Positions 10,516-20,903 of a stretch of DNA of 64,000 nucleotides are shown here, one piece after another. The position numbers and the translations under genes are program-made. The notes under the pieces were generated by a model. It saw nothing but the letters and a program-made list of their open reading frames with translations, was not told where the DNA came from and did not search any database. The stretch covers positions 20,578-84,577 of the forward strand of contig CAJVYS010000001.1 in the NCBI GenBank assembly GCA_913009875.1, given 5' to 3'. Each line of letters opens with the position of its first letter. Position 1 is the stretch's first letter. The stretch comes from an uncultured Gammaproteobacteria bacterium (GTDB lineage Bacteria > Pseudomonadota > Gammaproteobacteria > SZUA-152).

Positions 10516-11291
10516 TTATACATATTTGATATCCATTAGGAATGAGTTTCCAGCAAACTCGGCTCGACCAAGGCGTACATGGCTAAGTGCCGGATCGGAA
10601 AGCAAGGATTTAACGAGAGCATAATCTCCTCCGGAAATTTTCTTTCCCACAATAACTTCCTTGATCAGTTCTCTCGGTATACAAACAACACCCGGCTCAC
10701 GCCGTATAATTCTGTATTCATCCTCGTATTTCCAATGCTTAGATTTTGTTCCTAACACAGACATCACAACATCTACGAACATATGATCTTTGTTTATAGA
10801 GCTTCCTTCGGCTTCGCGCTTGATGTACCGTAATACCACCTCATGGAAGTCCGGCATATCCTTATACGAAACAGGCTGAGAACTAATCAGTTGGTTTGAC
10901 TCCCATTCACTCTCAACAAAATCTTCCATACGTTGCTTATCAAGACCGACGCAAAAACCCGCGTGACCACCGGAATAATGAGACCACATCAGTGGTTCCT
11001 TTTCTGTTAACGAGAACGACAACACTCCAGCTTTATTGGCACGGCCCTCTATGGCATACAACAGCTCATTTTTTCTCCAGTAATCTTGTCGTCTACTTCT
11101 CGTTTCAATACCTCACGTATAGTTTCGTGCATATACTCATCGGCTAATTTCTCAACCATCCTACGCACTCCGTCCGGCGAAAAACTACAATCAAGAGGAT
11201 CATTTAATTGACACGGTTTTGCAAAATATAATTCGCCGCTAGAAATAAGCCGCAAACCAAAACTATTTATATCTCGATATTTATACAGCAT
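10516..11291 (-). pseudogene. DUF2971-family protein split by a single frameshift
   Basis: N-half MLYKYR...NDPLDC (11049-11291) and C-half LMWSHY..GH.GFC...KSKHWKYEDEYR (10516-11061); frames switch at T6 run 11069-11074. Confidence 0.75.
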
Positions 11292-11397
11292 GCACATTGC
11301 CCTATAAGGTATGAAATTTGAATATTGACGCAACTGATCGCCAGATATAAGAAGACGTAAGGCGTATTAGCGGTTAAATCCTTGGTTAAAGAAGCAA

Positions 11398-11427
11398 GTA
11401 GCCTGGGTTGAGCTTGCGAAACCCGGG
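11398..11427. repeat. REP singlet, family F GTAGCCTGGGTTGAGCTTGCGAAACCCGGG
   Basis: GTAG followed by imperfect hairpin, immediately before a family C REPIN. Confidence 0.55.
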
Positions 11428-11436
11428 AAGCAGCAA

Positions 11437-11610
11437 GTAGGTTGGGGTGAATGTTTTTTTATGAACCCCAACATGCCAGAACAACAATCCACCTCAAAAA
11501 CCATGTTCAAGCAATCACAAACAAATCCATTTCAATTTTCAAAGCCAAAAAATATCCACGTTCCGCGTTATGAACGTGTTGGGGTTCGTGCCTCCCTCCC
11601 TCCAACTTAC
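11437..11610. repeat. Long REPIN, family C, right copy of the direct repeat
   Basis: Same orientation and similar spacer as 7981-8149; 3' REP degenerate. Confidence 0.85.
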
Positions 11611-11614
11611 CGAA

Positions 11615-11902
11615 CTAAAATTTCTGTGTCCACCGTCTTCTAGCGTGCGGTACGCGTAAGATTTCAATCCTCTTGTCACGAACCCGATACGGTAAAATGT
11701 AAGGGGTGTGATCAATGACAAGTTCCTTGGTATTTGATATTCGCCCGGGTCTTCCAATGCCCGGCTGTTCGCTTAATAAAGAAACAGCACCTTTGATTCT
11801 CAAAACAACTTGATGAGCAGTCTGGGGGTTGTCCTGGGTAATGTAATCCTTAATCGATTCCAAATCCCGAACAGCCATTTTAAACCAGACAATCCTCATC
11901 AT
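11615..11902 (-). CDS. RelE/ParE family toxin
   Basis: IVW...A..DL..I..YI..DNP..A......I......L...P..GR.G.....RELVI...PYIL.YRV. Confidence 0.9.
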   Translation of the reverse strand: MMRIVWFKMAVRDLESIKDYITQDNPQTAHQVVLRIKGAVSLLSEQPGIGRPGRISNTKELVIDHTPYILPYRVRDKRIEILRVPHARRRWTQKF

Positions 11903-12168
11903 GATGGGGGCTGGCTCTCCTGGTCGGTTCCCCAGGTTTCCATCCAGGCCATGACGATATCGTTATCAACAAATTGATCCGGGCCCGCAGAATCGGCTTC
12001 AGCCACGGCTTGTTTGATGTCCTGTACCTGCCATTCATTATTCTCCAGGAACAACTTGAGTGCCTGCATGGCCAAATATGACTTTGAGCGATCAGTCGCG
12101 CCTGCCAGGTTTGACAGGCGGTCATTGGTTTCATCATCAAGGCGAAGCGTCATCGTTGTAGTCATCAT
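11899..12168 (-). CDS. CopG/ribbon-helix-helix antitoxin
   Basis: TMTLRLDDE...RL..LA....RSKSYL; overlaps toxin start. Confidence 0.85.
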   Translation of the reverse strand: MMTTTMTLRLDDETNDRLSNLAGATDRSKSYLAMQALKLFLENNEWQVQDIKQAVAEADSAGPDQFVDNDIVMAWMETWGTDQESQPPS

Positions 12169-12269
12169 GATTCTCCTGCGTTCACGTGTATCATGACAAG
12201 CCCGTCAATCAATCAGCTGCGGGGAATTAAACCCCAAGCGATTAAAAGCACCTATTAGGCGACATCTTC

Positions 12270-12536
12270 TCAACTGGCCTTTCGATGGCTATTCATGTAT
12301 TCACGCAACGCTTGATTGATACGGGTCTGATACTTGTTGCCTTGCTCGCGAAACCATTCCAGCATGTCGGCATCGAGGCGCAATGTTACCTGTTTTTTCA
12401 TGGGCCGATAGAATTTACCCACCTCGGCACCGGCCCAGTCTGTGACCTCTGGAATGTCGGATGTATCAATATCACTATCTGACTGCTTAGCCAGACTGGC
12501 AACTTCCTCTCGCTGTTTTTTATCCGGCTTGTTCAT
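12270..12536 (-). CDS. brnA: BrnA family antitoxin
   Basis: DIDTSDIPE...KKQVTLRLDADML.WFR..G..YQTRINQALR. Confidence 0.9.
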   Translation of the reverse strand: MNKPDKKQREEVASLAKQSDSDIDTSDIPEVTDWAGAEVGKFYRPMKKQVTLRLDADMLEWFREQGNKYQTRINQALREYMNSHRKAS

Positions 12537-12804
12537 ATCTTTGCCTCTCTCGTTTGGTCGCTTTGCGAGCGGAAATAATACGGATTAGCTCGAAGTCATC
12601 CTGCTCGCGGTATGCGTGGGCAACCAGAAGCACCACCACCCCATCCACCAGACCCAAGGTCTGCCAGCGCTCCTCCCCGCACTCGTGCCGGTTCTGCACG
12701 CTGATGGCATGTGGGTCGTCAAACACAAGCCGTGCCGTCTCGAAGCTTACGCCGTGTTTGGCGCAGTTAGTCTTATTTTTAGTTTCGTCCCACGCAAACC
12801 GCAT
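12520..12804 (-). CDS. brnT: BrnT family toxin
   Basis: F.WDE.KN..N..KHGVSF..A..VF.DP......E.R..TLG...RIISARKAT..ER. Confidence 0.92.
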   Translation of the reverse strand: MRFAWDETKNKTNCAKHGVSFETARLVFDDPHAISVQNRHECGEERWQTLGLVDGVVVLLVAHAYREQDDFELIRIISARKATKRERQRYEQAG

Positions 12805-12812
12805 AAGTTGAT

Positions 12813-12835
12813 TGTAGTTACGATAATGTAGTTAC
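12813..12835. promoter_or_regulatory. Putative brnTA autoregulatory operator
   Basis: TGTAGTTAC direct repeat at 12813 and 12827 just upstream of brnT. Confidence 0.4.
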
Positions 12836-12853
12836 ACAAGGTGCTTTTTCATT

Positions 12854-12864
12854 GGGGGGGGGGG
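12854..12864. repeat. G11 homopolymer upstream of brnT
   Basis: Directly visible. Confidence 0.8.
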
Positions 12865-12979
12865 CGTCCCGCTATTCATTAACGATCATGACCAACAATC
12901 ATCAGTCCGCAGGGCTGACAATAGAACCTGCCAGCTCAAGTTCGGTGTGTATTTGAGTGCAGCCCGCGCAGGCAATAAA

Positions 12980-14026
12980 TCAGGCTCTCTCCATCATCGC
13001 CCGCATCCTTTCCGCATCGGGATTCAGCACCACGCCGCGCTCGGTAACGATGGCGTCGACCAACGCTGCCGGTGTGACATCAAAGGCGGGATTCCAGGCC
13101 TCCGCGCCCACTGCTGCAATGCGCTGGCCAGTCAGGTACAGCACCTCATCGGGCGAGCGTTGCTCAATGGTAACGTCGTCACCACAGGTGATGCCCATGT
13201 CCACCGTGGAGGCCGGCGCCACGACCATAAACTTCACCCCGTGGTGACGTGCCAGCACTGCCAGACCATAGGTGCCGATCTTGTTGACCACGTCGCCATT
13301 GGCGGCGATGCGGTCGGAACCGACGATCACCCAGCCCACCTTGCCCTGTTTCATCAGGTGCGCCGCCGCGCCTTCGGCCTGCAGGGTCACGGGGATGCCC
13401 TCCTGCACCATCTCCCAGGCGGTGAGCCGCGCACCCTGCATCCACGGGCGGGTCTCGTCGGCATAGACGTGGGTGATCTTGCCGGCTGCGAAACCGGCCC
13501 GCACCACGCCCAGCGCCGTGCCGTAACCGCCGGTGGCCAGGGCGCCAGCGTTGCAGTGGGTGAGTATCGCGCAGGGGGTCTCGATGAGGGCCGCGCCCAA
13601 TTCACCCATGCGCCGGTTGGCGGCGATATCGTCGTCGTGAATACGCCGGGCCGCCGCCAGCAACGTGGACTCGGGATTGCCATCGATGTCCGCCATCAGC
13701 TCACGCATGCGCTCAATGGCCCAGAACAGGTTCACCGCCGTGGGGCGCGATGCCGCCAGGGTTTGCAGATCTGCCTCGATGGCTGGTTTCCAGCCATCCG
13801 GTGACTGTGCGAAACGCGCCCGTGCCGCCAGCACGATGCCATAGGCCGCCGTGATACCAATCGCCGGCGCGCCACGCACCACCATGTCGCGGATGGCCCC
13901 GGCCACGGCATCGACATCGCCATAGCTCAGATAGGCGACCTCTTGCGGCAGCACGCGCTGATCCAGCAGCTGCAATCTATTCCCCTGCCAGCGTACCGCC
14001 TCCACCGTGTCGGCCTGATCAGTCAT
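12980..14026 (-). CDS. mtnA: S-methyl-5-thioribose-1-phosphate isomerase
   Basis: [45 protein letters not shown]. Confidence 0.97.
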   Translation of the reverse strand: MTDQADTVEAVRWQGNRLQLLDQRVLPQEVAYLSYGDVDAVAGAIRDMVVRGAPAIGITAAYGIVLAARARFAQSPDGWKPAIEADLQTLAASRPTAVNLFWAIERMRELMADIDGNPESTLLAAARRIHDDDIAANRRMGELGAALIETPCAILTHCNAGALATGGYGTALGVVRAGFAAGKITHVYADETRPWMQGARLTAWEMVQEGIPVTLQAEGAAAHLMKQGKVGWVIVGSDRIAANGDVVNKIGTYGLAVLARHHGVKFMVVAPASTVDMGITCGDDVTIEQRSPDEVLYLTGQRIAAVGAEAWNPAFDVTPAALVDAIVTERGVVLNPDAERMRAMMERA

Positions 14027-14148
14027 GTTGAGTCCTCGTCACTATGAATAATGAAATCCGCAAAAACGGTACATGATAACGAAAGCGCACGGGGACGACA
14101 CCGCCGGACAACTTGCCCCACGCACACCGCAAACGCTATCTTCCCCCC

Positions 14149-15495
14149 ATGCAAACGACACCTGAAACCATCGACACCCTGATCCACGCCCGCTGGGTGA
14201 TCCCGGTCGAGCCCCACGACAGTGTGCTGGATCACCACGCCATCGCCATTCACGAAGGCCGCATCGTCGAGCTGCTGCCCAGCCAGGAGGCTGACGAAAA
14301 GTATCAAGCCGAGGTCGAATACCGACTCGACCGCCATGCCCTGATCCCCGGCCTGGTCAACGCCCATACCCACGCCGCCATGTCCCTGTTCCGCGGCCTC
14401 GCCGACGACCTGCATCTCATGGACTGGCTGCAGAACCACATCTGGCCCGCCGAGGGCAAATGGATCAGCCCGGAATTCGTCGCCGACGGCAGCCGTCTGG
14501 CCATCGCCGAGATGCTGCGCGGTGGTACCACCTGTTTCAACGACATGTATTTCTTCCCGGATGAGACCGCACGCGTAGCCGACAACGCCGGCATGCGCGC
14601 CATGGTCGGCCTGATCCTCATCGATTTCCCCACCGTGTGGGCAGCCAACGCCGATGACTATCTGCACAAGGGCATCGAGGTGCACGACCACTACCGTCAT
14701 CACCCACTGATCCACACCGCTTTCGCTCCCCACGCGCCCTACACTGTATCCGACGACCCCCTGCAGCGCGTGGTCACCTTCGCCGAGGAAATGGACCTGC
14801 CCATTCACATGCATGTGCACGAAACCGCGCACGAGGTCGAGGAAGCCAGCGCCCAAAGTGGCCTGCGCCCCCTGGCGCGCCTCACTCGGCTGGGCCTGCT
14901 GTCGCCACGCCTGGCAGCGGTGCACATGACCCAGCTCAGCGACGGCGAGATCGCCCAGCTCGCCGGCAGCGGCGCCAGCGTGGTGCATTGCCCGGAATCC
15001 AACCTCAAGCTGGCCAGCGGCTTCTGTCCGGTGCAGAAACTGCTCGATGCCGGGGTCAACGTGGCACTGGGAACCGACGGCGCCGCCAGCAACAACGACC
15101 TGGACATGTTCAGTGAAATGCGCAGCGCCGCCCTGCTCGGCAAGGCCGTGGCCGGTGACGCCAGCGCCGTGACCGCCGCCCAGACCCTGCGCATGGCCAC
15201 CCTTGGCGGCGCACGTGCGCTGGGCCTCGACGACACTATCGGCTCACTCACACCCGGCAAGGCCGCCGACATCACCGCCATCAACCTCGGCGCACTGGAG
15301 ACGCAACCCGTCTACCATCCCATCTCACAACTGGTCTACGCCGCCGGCCGCGAACAGGTCAGCGACGTGTGGGTGGCCGGCCGGCATTTACTCAAGGCAC
15401 GTGAACTCACCACGCTCAACCAGACGTCAATCATAGAAAAGGCCCATGCCTGGGCGGAGAAGATTCAAGCCGCCGATGAGCATCTGGGTGATTGA
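14149..15495 (+). CDS. mtaD: TRZ/ATZ family amidohydrolase (MTA/SAH deaminase-like)
   Basis: PGLVNAHTH, HMHVHET, HCPESNLKLASG, GTDGAASNN; divergent from mtnA; likely start MQTTPE. Confidence 0.85.
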   Translation: MQTTPETIDTLIHARWVIPVEPHDSVLDHHAIAIHEGRIVELLPSQEADEKYQAEVEYRLDRHALIPGLVNAHTHAAMSLFRGLADDLHLMDWLQNHIWPAEGKWISPEFVADGSRLAIAEMLRGGTTCFNDMYFFPDETARVADNAGMRAMVGLILIDFPTVWAANADDYLHKGIEVHDHYRHHPLIHTAFAPHAPYTVSDDPLQRVVTFAEEMDLPIHMHVHETAHEVEEASAQSGLRPLARLTRLGLLSPRLAAVHMTQLSDGEIAQLAGSGASVVHCPESNLKLASGFCPVQKLLDAGVNVALGTDGAASNNDLDMFSEMRSAALLGKAVAGDASAVTAAQTLRMATLGGARALGLDDTIGSLTPGKAADITAINLGALETQPVYHPISQLVYAAGREQVSDVWVAGRHLLKARELTTLNQTSIIEKAHAWAEKIQAADEHLGD

Positions 15496-15513
15496 GGTTG
15501 TGGATGCAGCCAA

Positions 15514-15593
15514 GTAGGTTGGGCAAAGCACAGCGTGCCCAACGTTCCGTGCACCCCGTTGGGCACGTCGCTTCGCTCCTTTGCCCAACCTAC
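15514..15593. repeat. REPIN, family D GTAGGTTGGGCAAAG...GTGCCCAAC, 3' flank of RAYT
   Basis: Inverted REP pair ending 10 bp from the RAYT stop. Confidence 0.85.
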
Positions 15594-15602
15594 GGAGGTG
15601 TC

Positions 15603-16139
15603 TTATTCGCAATCGATGCCTTTGATGTTTTCCGGCTCTGTTGTTCCCCAATTTGGGGGGTACCATCCTTTTTGTACGCATCGTTTGAATGAGCTGTATG
15701 GCCATTCACCGGGTGCTTGGGTGTGGCCGTGCCTGACCGGGTTGTAATGGATGTAATCCATGTGTCTTTGCCAATCGTTGTCATCACGGATGATGTGTTC
15801 CCAAAAACGTCTCTGCCAGACTGGTTTTTCCCGCTTGTTATGGCGTGAGGTTGATTGCTGCTCTACGGCACCAACACAACCGCTGCTGAAATAGCGTTTG
15901 ATTCTTCTCCAGCGGGTCGAGTAATCATTGTCGCCTTCCGGCAAACGCCAAAGCGTGTGCAGATGATCGGGCAGGATGACAATGGCGTCGATGGTGAAGG
16001 GGTATTTTTCCATTTCCCTTTTGAAGGCAACCCTCAGGCGATTGATATTCTCTGGAAGCGAGAGGATGTTCTGGCGCCGATAGGTAACGACGGTGAAGAA
16101 GTAGCTGCCACCTTGCTGTTGTGATCTGCGGTATTTCAT
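15603..16139 (-). mobile_element. REP-associated tyrosine transposase (RAYT, TnpA-REP; HUH Y1 family)
   Basis: GGSYFFTVVT, LPDHLH (HUH), WQRRFWEHIIRD, YIHYNPVRHG; flanked by REPs on both sides. Confidence 0.95.
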
Positions 16140-16167
16140 GGTGTTTTGGCATTGTGGGGGGTGGGTT

Positions 16168-16203
16168 GTTGGGCACGTCGCTGCGCTCCTTTGCCCAACC
16201 TAC
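16168..16203. repeat. REP singlet, family D, 5' flank of RAYT
   Basis: GTTGGGCACGTCGCTGCGCTCCTTTGCCCAACCTAC, one mismatch to the REP at 15558-15593. Confidence 0.85.
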
Positions 16204-16233
16204 AGGCGGCGCACAGCGTGCCCGAATAAGGTT

Positions 16234-18120
16234 TCAAAGCTTGTTAATGGCCTTGCAAAGCCGCTTGGCCTGCTTGGGATGGCCATCGAGATAGGCATCG
16301 TGCGCAAGCTGCCAGGCCTGCCACAGGTAGCCTTCGATATCACCATCATCTTCGTCATGGTATTTACGGTGGTGATGATCGTCCTCACCATCAAATTCCA
16401 GTGAGGTGTACCAGCCCAGTTCACCGTGGGCCACGTTCAGACGCAGGGCCAGACACTGTTGCAGCGCGGCACGGCGCTTTTTGTTTTTCCGCCCTTCCTT
16501 GCCTTCCTCGTGCTCATGCCTGCCAAAGAACAGCGCATAGGCCTCGTCCAGCGAGGTAATGCGGGTGTCAAACACGGGGATGGGGAAATAGCCGGCCAGG
16601 ATCTCGGCATCCACCGTGGCAGAACCGTGGCCAGTGACGGCGACGCGGATCTGGCGTTTCCAGAAACCCTTGCCCTTGGGGTCGTTCAGCGGGTCGCTGA
16701 GTTCGTGTGGCAGGGTGTCGGGGGTAACGAAGACGCGGCTGCTGTAGGTCTGCGGCAAACCGCCGGCGCCGGGGTAGATCAGTTCGAGATAATAGGCCGT
16801 CCAGCCGCTCTGCGGTTCATCGACCGTGACCGGGAAGACGCCATTGCCATCCCCCAGCACCAGCTCGGAGGTCCAGGCGGCACCGATGATGTCGCGGCGG
16901 AAGTCGCGTGCCTCGGGATTGGTGGCGCGCCACAGACGGGCCAGCATGGGCGGTGGAGAGGCGACCACGGTCACGCCCTCCTCCGTCGTCTGCCACTCGA
17001 TGGTGGGTCGCGGCAGACCATAGAGGATGCCGGCGTACCAGGTCAGCAGGCTGGCGAGGGCATCATCCACACTGCCATCCGGGCTGCTGAGGGAGTGGTC
17101 GGTATTGGGCACGTAGCGGATCAGGTTTTCGCCCCGCAGCTCTTTGAAATAGAAGCGCGCCGAGTCCGGCGGGAAGAACTGATCACCGGTGGAATTGAGC
17201 AGAAACTTGGGGCGGTCCAGGCGCGGCAGGTAGCTGTAGGGATCGACTACCTGCAGCAGGTCCTGCCCCTCGGGGGTGCGCACCCGCCGCACGATGTCGT
17301 AGTCCACATAGGGCTGCACGGCCTCGGCATAGAAACCATAGGCGCGGTAATGGTGCTCGATGTGCGGCGCAACGTTGAGAAAGTCGATGACGCCGGGGCT
17401 GATGGCGCGCACCCTCGGGTCGACCACCGAGGTCAACCAGGTGATGGCGCCGCGCTTGGAAAAGCCGACGATGACGAAGTCATTGACCAGGCGTTCCGCC
17501 ACCATGGGCGTGACGGCCTGCACCGTGTCCATGGCGCGCACCACGCTTTTCACCATCGGCAGATACACCGGCCAGGAGAAGTCGCCGGTGTCCATGGCCT
17601 TGTCCCAGGAATAGGCCACCAGTGAATCCTCCTGCAGCCCCTCGTCGGCATCTGGAAACACCAGCGGCTGGTTGGGCACCTGGGAAATGACGGCGACGAT
17701 GGAGTTGCTGGCCAGGGCGATCTGCGCAGCGAGCTGCAATTCGCCGGCATTCAGATCGGGCAGATCACGGTTGCGCCCGCCGGCGACCATCAGCATGGCG
17801 GTCTCGCTGGCCACCGTGTCGGGAACGATCACCGCCAGCCAGTGGCTCCACAGTTGGCGGTCGACCTCGTCATCGCTGCGCCAGCGCTGTGAGGTCATGG
17901 AGAAGACGTGGGCGCTGTAGCCGGCCCCCGGCAGGCTGGCGAAGTGCTCGAAGCCGTAGGCGGAATCCGGGGCGCTGACGTAGTCGTCCAGGGCGGTCCG
18001 CGGGTCGTCCAGGGCCAGCGCCTGCCCCGCCGGCATGAGTAATCCGAGAGCAAACAGCAGGTCGCGGAAGGCCCGGCCGATCAATGTTTCTCTTTGGTGC
18101 ATCTCTGTCTCCTTGTCCAT
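16234..18120 (-). CDS. PhoPQ-activated pathogenicity-related (PqaA-like) alpha/beta hydrolase with C-terminal extension
   Basis: LDDYV..PDSAY, MTSQRW...W.HWL, GFSKRGAITW, VDPYSY..RL..PK...NSTGDQFF.PD. Confidence 0.85.
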   Translation of the reverse strand: MDKETEMHQRETLIGRAFRDLLFALGLLMPAGQALALDDPRTALDDYVSAPDSAYGFEHFASLPGAGYSAHVFSMTSQRWRSDDEVDRQLWSHWLAVIVPDTVASETAMLMVAGGRNRDLPDLNAGELQLAAQIALASNSIVAVISQVPNQPLVFPDADEGLQEDSLVAYSWDKAMDTGDFSWPVYLPMVKSVVRAMDTVQAVTPMVAERLVNDFVIVGFSKRGAITWLTSVVDPRVRAISPGVIDFLNVAPHIEHHYRAYGFYAEAVQPYVDYDIVRRVRTPEGQDLLQVVDPYSYLPRLDRPKFLLNSTGDQFFPPDSARFYFKELRGENLIRYVPNTDHSLSSPDGSVDDALASLLTWYAGILYGLPRPTIEWQTTEEGVTVVASPPPMLARLWRATNPEARDFRRDIIGAAWTSELVLGDGNGVFPVTVDEPQSGWTAYYLELIYPGAGGLPQTYSSRVFVTPDTLPHELSDPLNDPKGKGFWKRQIRVAVTGHGSATVDAEILAGYFPIPVFDTRITSLDEAYALFFGRHEHEEGKEGRKNKKRRAALQQCLALRLNVAHGELGWYTSLEFDGEDDHHHRKYHDEDDGDIEGYLWQAWQLAHDAYLDGHPKQAKRLCKAINKL

Positions 18121-18362
18121 GATGGCTGATTGTAGTTATGGCGAGGCCAAGCGTCCCGCATCCGGATGGCCCGGTCAAGGAGGAAATGGGCTGCCATGCC
18201 CCAAAAGAACACATACAGACCACAGGGGATATGTCTGTTTCGAGACAGCCAGCGTCGATTTGTGGCATTATGCGCGCCTCGTTTTACCTCTCCCAGCCCG
18301 CCAGCCGTTGGTGCGGCTCCCCGGGTATTGCCAATCAACACGCTCCAATCGGTATCAATACA

Positions 18363-19946
18363 GTGCTAGCAACCGCAAATATCACCATGCAATTCGGCGC
18401 CAAGCCGCTCTTTGAAGACGTCTCCATCAAATTCGGCGACGGCAATCGTTACGGCCTCATCGGCGCCAATGGCTGTGGCAAATCCACCTTCATGAAGATC
18501 CTAGGCGGTGATCTGGAACCCACCGCCGGCAACGTCTCCAAGGACCCCAACCAGCGCATCGGTAAGCTGCGCCAAGACCAGTTCGCCTACGAGGAATTCA
18601 GCGTGGTCGACACGGTCATCATGGGCCACGAGGAGCTGTGGAAGGTCAAGGCCGAGCGTGATGCTATCTACGCCAACCCGGACATGAGCGAGGAAGACGG
18701 CATTCGCGCCGGTGAGCTGGAGGCCGAATTTGCCGAGATGGACGGCTACACCGCCGAGACCCGCGCCGGCGAACTGCTGTCCGGCGTGGGCATCCCCGTC
18801 GAGCAGCACTACGGGCCCATGAGCGAAGTGGCACCCGGCTGGAAACTGCGGGTGCTGCTGGCGCAGGTGCTGTTTTCCGATCCCGACATCATGCTGCTGG
18901 ACGAGCCGACCAACAATCTGGACATCAACACCATCGGCTGGCTGGAAGGCGTGCTCAACGAACGCAACTGCACCATGATCATTATTTCCCATGACCGCCA
19001 CTTTCTAAACAGTGTCTGTACTCACATGGCGGATCTGGATTATGGGGAAATACGCCTGTACCCCGGCTCCTATGACGAATACATGACAGCAGCAACCCAG
19101 GCCAGTGAACGCCTGCTGTCGGACAATGCGAAGAAAAAGGCACAGATTGCTGAACTCAAGGCCTTCGTCAGCCGTTTCTCGGCCAATGCCTCGAAATCAA
19201 AACAGGCCACCTCCCGCGCCCGGCAGATCGACAAGATCAAACTGGCGGAAGTGAAACCCTCCAGTCGCCAGAATCCATTCATTCGCTTTGAACAAGACAG
19301 GAAACTGCACCGCCTGGCACTGGAGGTTGAGGGTCTGGACAAGCATTTCGGTGAACCGCTGTTCACCGCTCTCAACCTGATGGTGGAAGTGGGCGAACGT
19401 ATCGCCATCATCGGCCCGAACGGGGTTGGCAAATCCACCCTGCTGAAATGCCTGGTCGGTGATTTGCAGCCGGATGCCGGTATTGTGAAGTGGTCCGAAA
19501 ATGTGGAAATCGGCTATTATGCGCAGGATCACGCCACCGATTTCGAAGAAAAAATATCCTTGTACGACTGGATGGATCAGTGGGGTAAGGAAAGCGATGA
19601 CGAACAGGTCATTCGCGGCACCCTGGGCCGACTGCTGTTTTCCCAGGATGACATCAACAAGACCGTTGACGTGATCTCAGGAGGTGAACAGGGCCGCATG
19701 CTGTTCGGCAAACTGATGCTGCAACGGCCTAACATCATGTTGCTGGACGAGCCCACCAATCACCTCGACATGGAATCCATCGAGGCGCTCAATCTGGCGT
19801 TGGAGAACTATCCCGGAACGCTGATCTTCGTCAGCCACGACCGTGAGTTCGTCTCATCACTGGCGACACGCATCATCGAGCTGACGCCAACGGGCATCAT
19901 CGATATCCACGGCGGCTACGAAGAGTATCTGCGCAGCCGAGGTTGA
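18363..19946 (+). CDS. ABC-F family ATPase (YbiT-like)
   Basis: Two Walker A ([16 protein letters not shown]), two LLDEPTN, no TM segments; likely GTG start at 18363. Confidence 0.92.
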   Translation: MLATANITMQFGAKPLFEDVSIKFGDGNRYGLIGANGCGKSTFMKILGGDLEPTAGNVSKDPNQRIGKLRQDQFAYEEFSVVDTVIMGHEELWKVKAERDAIYANPDMSEEDGIRAGELEAEFAEMDGYTAETRAGELLSGVGIPVEQHYGPMSEVAPGWKLRVLLAQVLFSDPDIMLLDEPTNNLDINTIGWLEGVLNERNCTMIIISHDRHFLNSVCTHMADLDYGEIRLYPGSYDEYMTAATQASERLLSDNAKKKAQIAELKAFVSRFSANASKSKQATSRARQIDKIKLAEVKPSSRQNPFIRFEQDRKLHRLALEVEGLDKHFGEPLFTALNLMVEVGERIAIIGPNGVGKSTLLKCLVGDLQPDAGIVKWSENVEIGYYAQDHATDFEEKISLYDWMDQWGKESDDEQVIRGTLGRLLFSQDDINKTVDVISGGEQGRMLFGKLMLQRPNIMLLDEPTNHLDMESIEALNLALENYPGTLIFVSHDREFVSSLATRIIELTPTGIIDIHGGYEEYLRSRG

Positions 19947-19950
19947 CCAG

Positions 19951-20072
19951 GTAGGGTGGGCACTTTAATTTAGAAAAGTAGGTTGGGGTGAACGTTTTTT
20001 GTGAACCCCAACATGCGGAGTGACGCCCGACCTCCGAGGTGACGTTGGGGTTCGTTCCTCACCCCAACCTAC
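19951..20072. repeat. Half family B REP (19951-19963) followed by family C REPIN (19978-20072)
   Basis: GTAGGGTGGGCAC then GTAGGTTGGGGTGA...TCACCCCAACCTAC. Confidence 0.8.
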
Positions 20073-20149
20073 GGGCTAGTTTGGTCTTTCCGAATACTGG
20101 GGGTTAGTGGGGATTGGGGTTTTAGAGGCTGCCGGTTACCCGATTAGCC

Positions 20150-20482
20150 TTATTTTTTTCTTACCAGTCGATCAAGCAAAATATCTTCGACGTTTCGATG
20201 CGAGTCAATAACCAACAGCACATAAACTTGAAATTCTGATATGCGGTAAATTACCCGCCAGGGAGGAATTATCAATTCTCGATATTGAAGAATGCCATAT
20301 CCCTTAAGCTCTGGGACAACCCGCCCCCGCTGTGGAGAGGAACCAAGGCTTGAAGTCTTGCTTTTTATTCTTTTAAGGTTATCTTTTGCTGCCGCTGGAC
20401 TATCCGCATGAATGTACTCAAGAATAGATCTCAGATCTTCCCTGGCAATGTCAGCCCAATAAACCTTATATTCGTTTGCCAT
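20150..20482 (-). CDS. RelE/ParE family toxin
   Basis: YKVYW...A.EDL..I..YI..DSP..A......P.RGRVVPEL....YRELI..PWRVIYRI. Confidence 0.9.
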   Translation of the reverse strand: MANEYKVYWADIAREDLRSILEYIHADSPAAAKDNLKRIKSKTSSLGSSPQRGRVVPELKGYGILQYRELIIPPWRVIYRISEFQVYVLLVIDSHRNVEDILLDRLVRKK

Positions 20483-20485
20483 CCT

Positions 20486-20767
20486 TTACGAACCCACCAG
20501 TTTCCCCAGTTCTGAAAATACTTCACTTTGCGTTTTTGATTTTCCATTACGAATATCTTCTTCACCCAGAGATATAAGTTTTAATATCCCTATTGCATTA
20601 CGCATATTTTCATAACTTTCGGGATCTTGAAGCACCGCTCTCGGCTCACCATTTTGGGTAATGATAATTGGCCGATGGGTTTCATTCACCTGCTTCAGCA
20701 TATCGGCAGCCTTGGACTTAAGAAATGATACAGGTTTAATATCAGTGGAAATTTTCATAACAATCAC
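20486..20767 (-). CDS. Phd/YefM family antitoxin
   Basis: DIKPVS.LK..AA..L..V....RPIIITQNGEP.AVL. Confidence 0.9.
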   Translation of the reverse strand: MIVMKISTDIKPVSFLKSKAADMLKQVNETHRPIIITQNGEPRAVLQDPESYENMRNAIGILKLISLGEEDIRNGKSKTQSEVFSELGKLVGS

Positions 20768-20903
20768 CTCAGTCTTTTTACAGTACCATATTAAGACTGA
20801 CTGTCAACTCATCAGAGGATGGCGGAGGTAGGCGACACAGGAATCCAGGAATCAAGGCCGAGGAGCCTATCCTGTCTCCGGGACCGCACAGCATGTGGCA
20901 AAC

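Noticed and set aside
10391-10519. Possible integron attC (TATAAC ... GTTAGAT on minus strand after the DUF2971 stop)
   Set aside because: Inner L boxes do not pair and no intI in window; an IntegronFinder run would settle it
14023-14988. 321-aa minus-strand ORF
   Set aside because: Antisense shadow of the mtaD-like gene
16426-17625. 399-aa plus-strand ORF
   Set aside because: Antisense shadow of the PqaA-like gene
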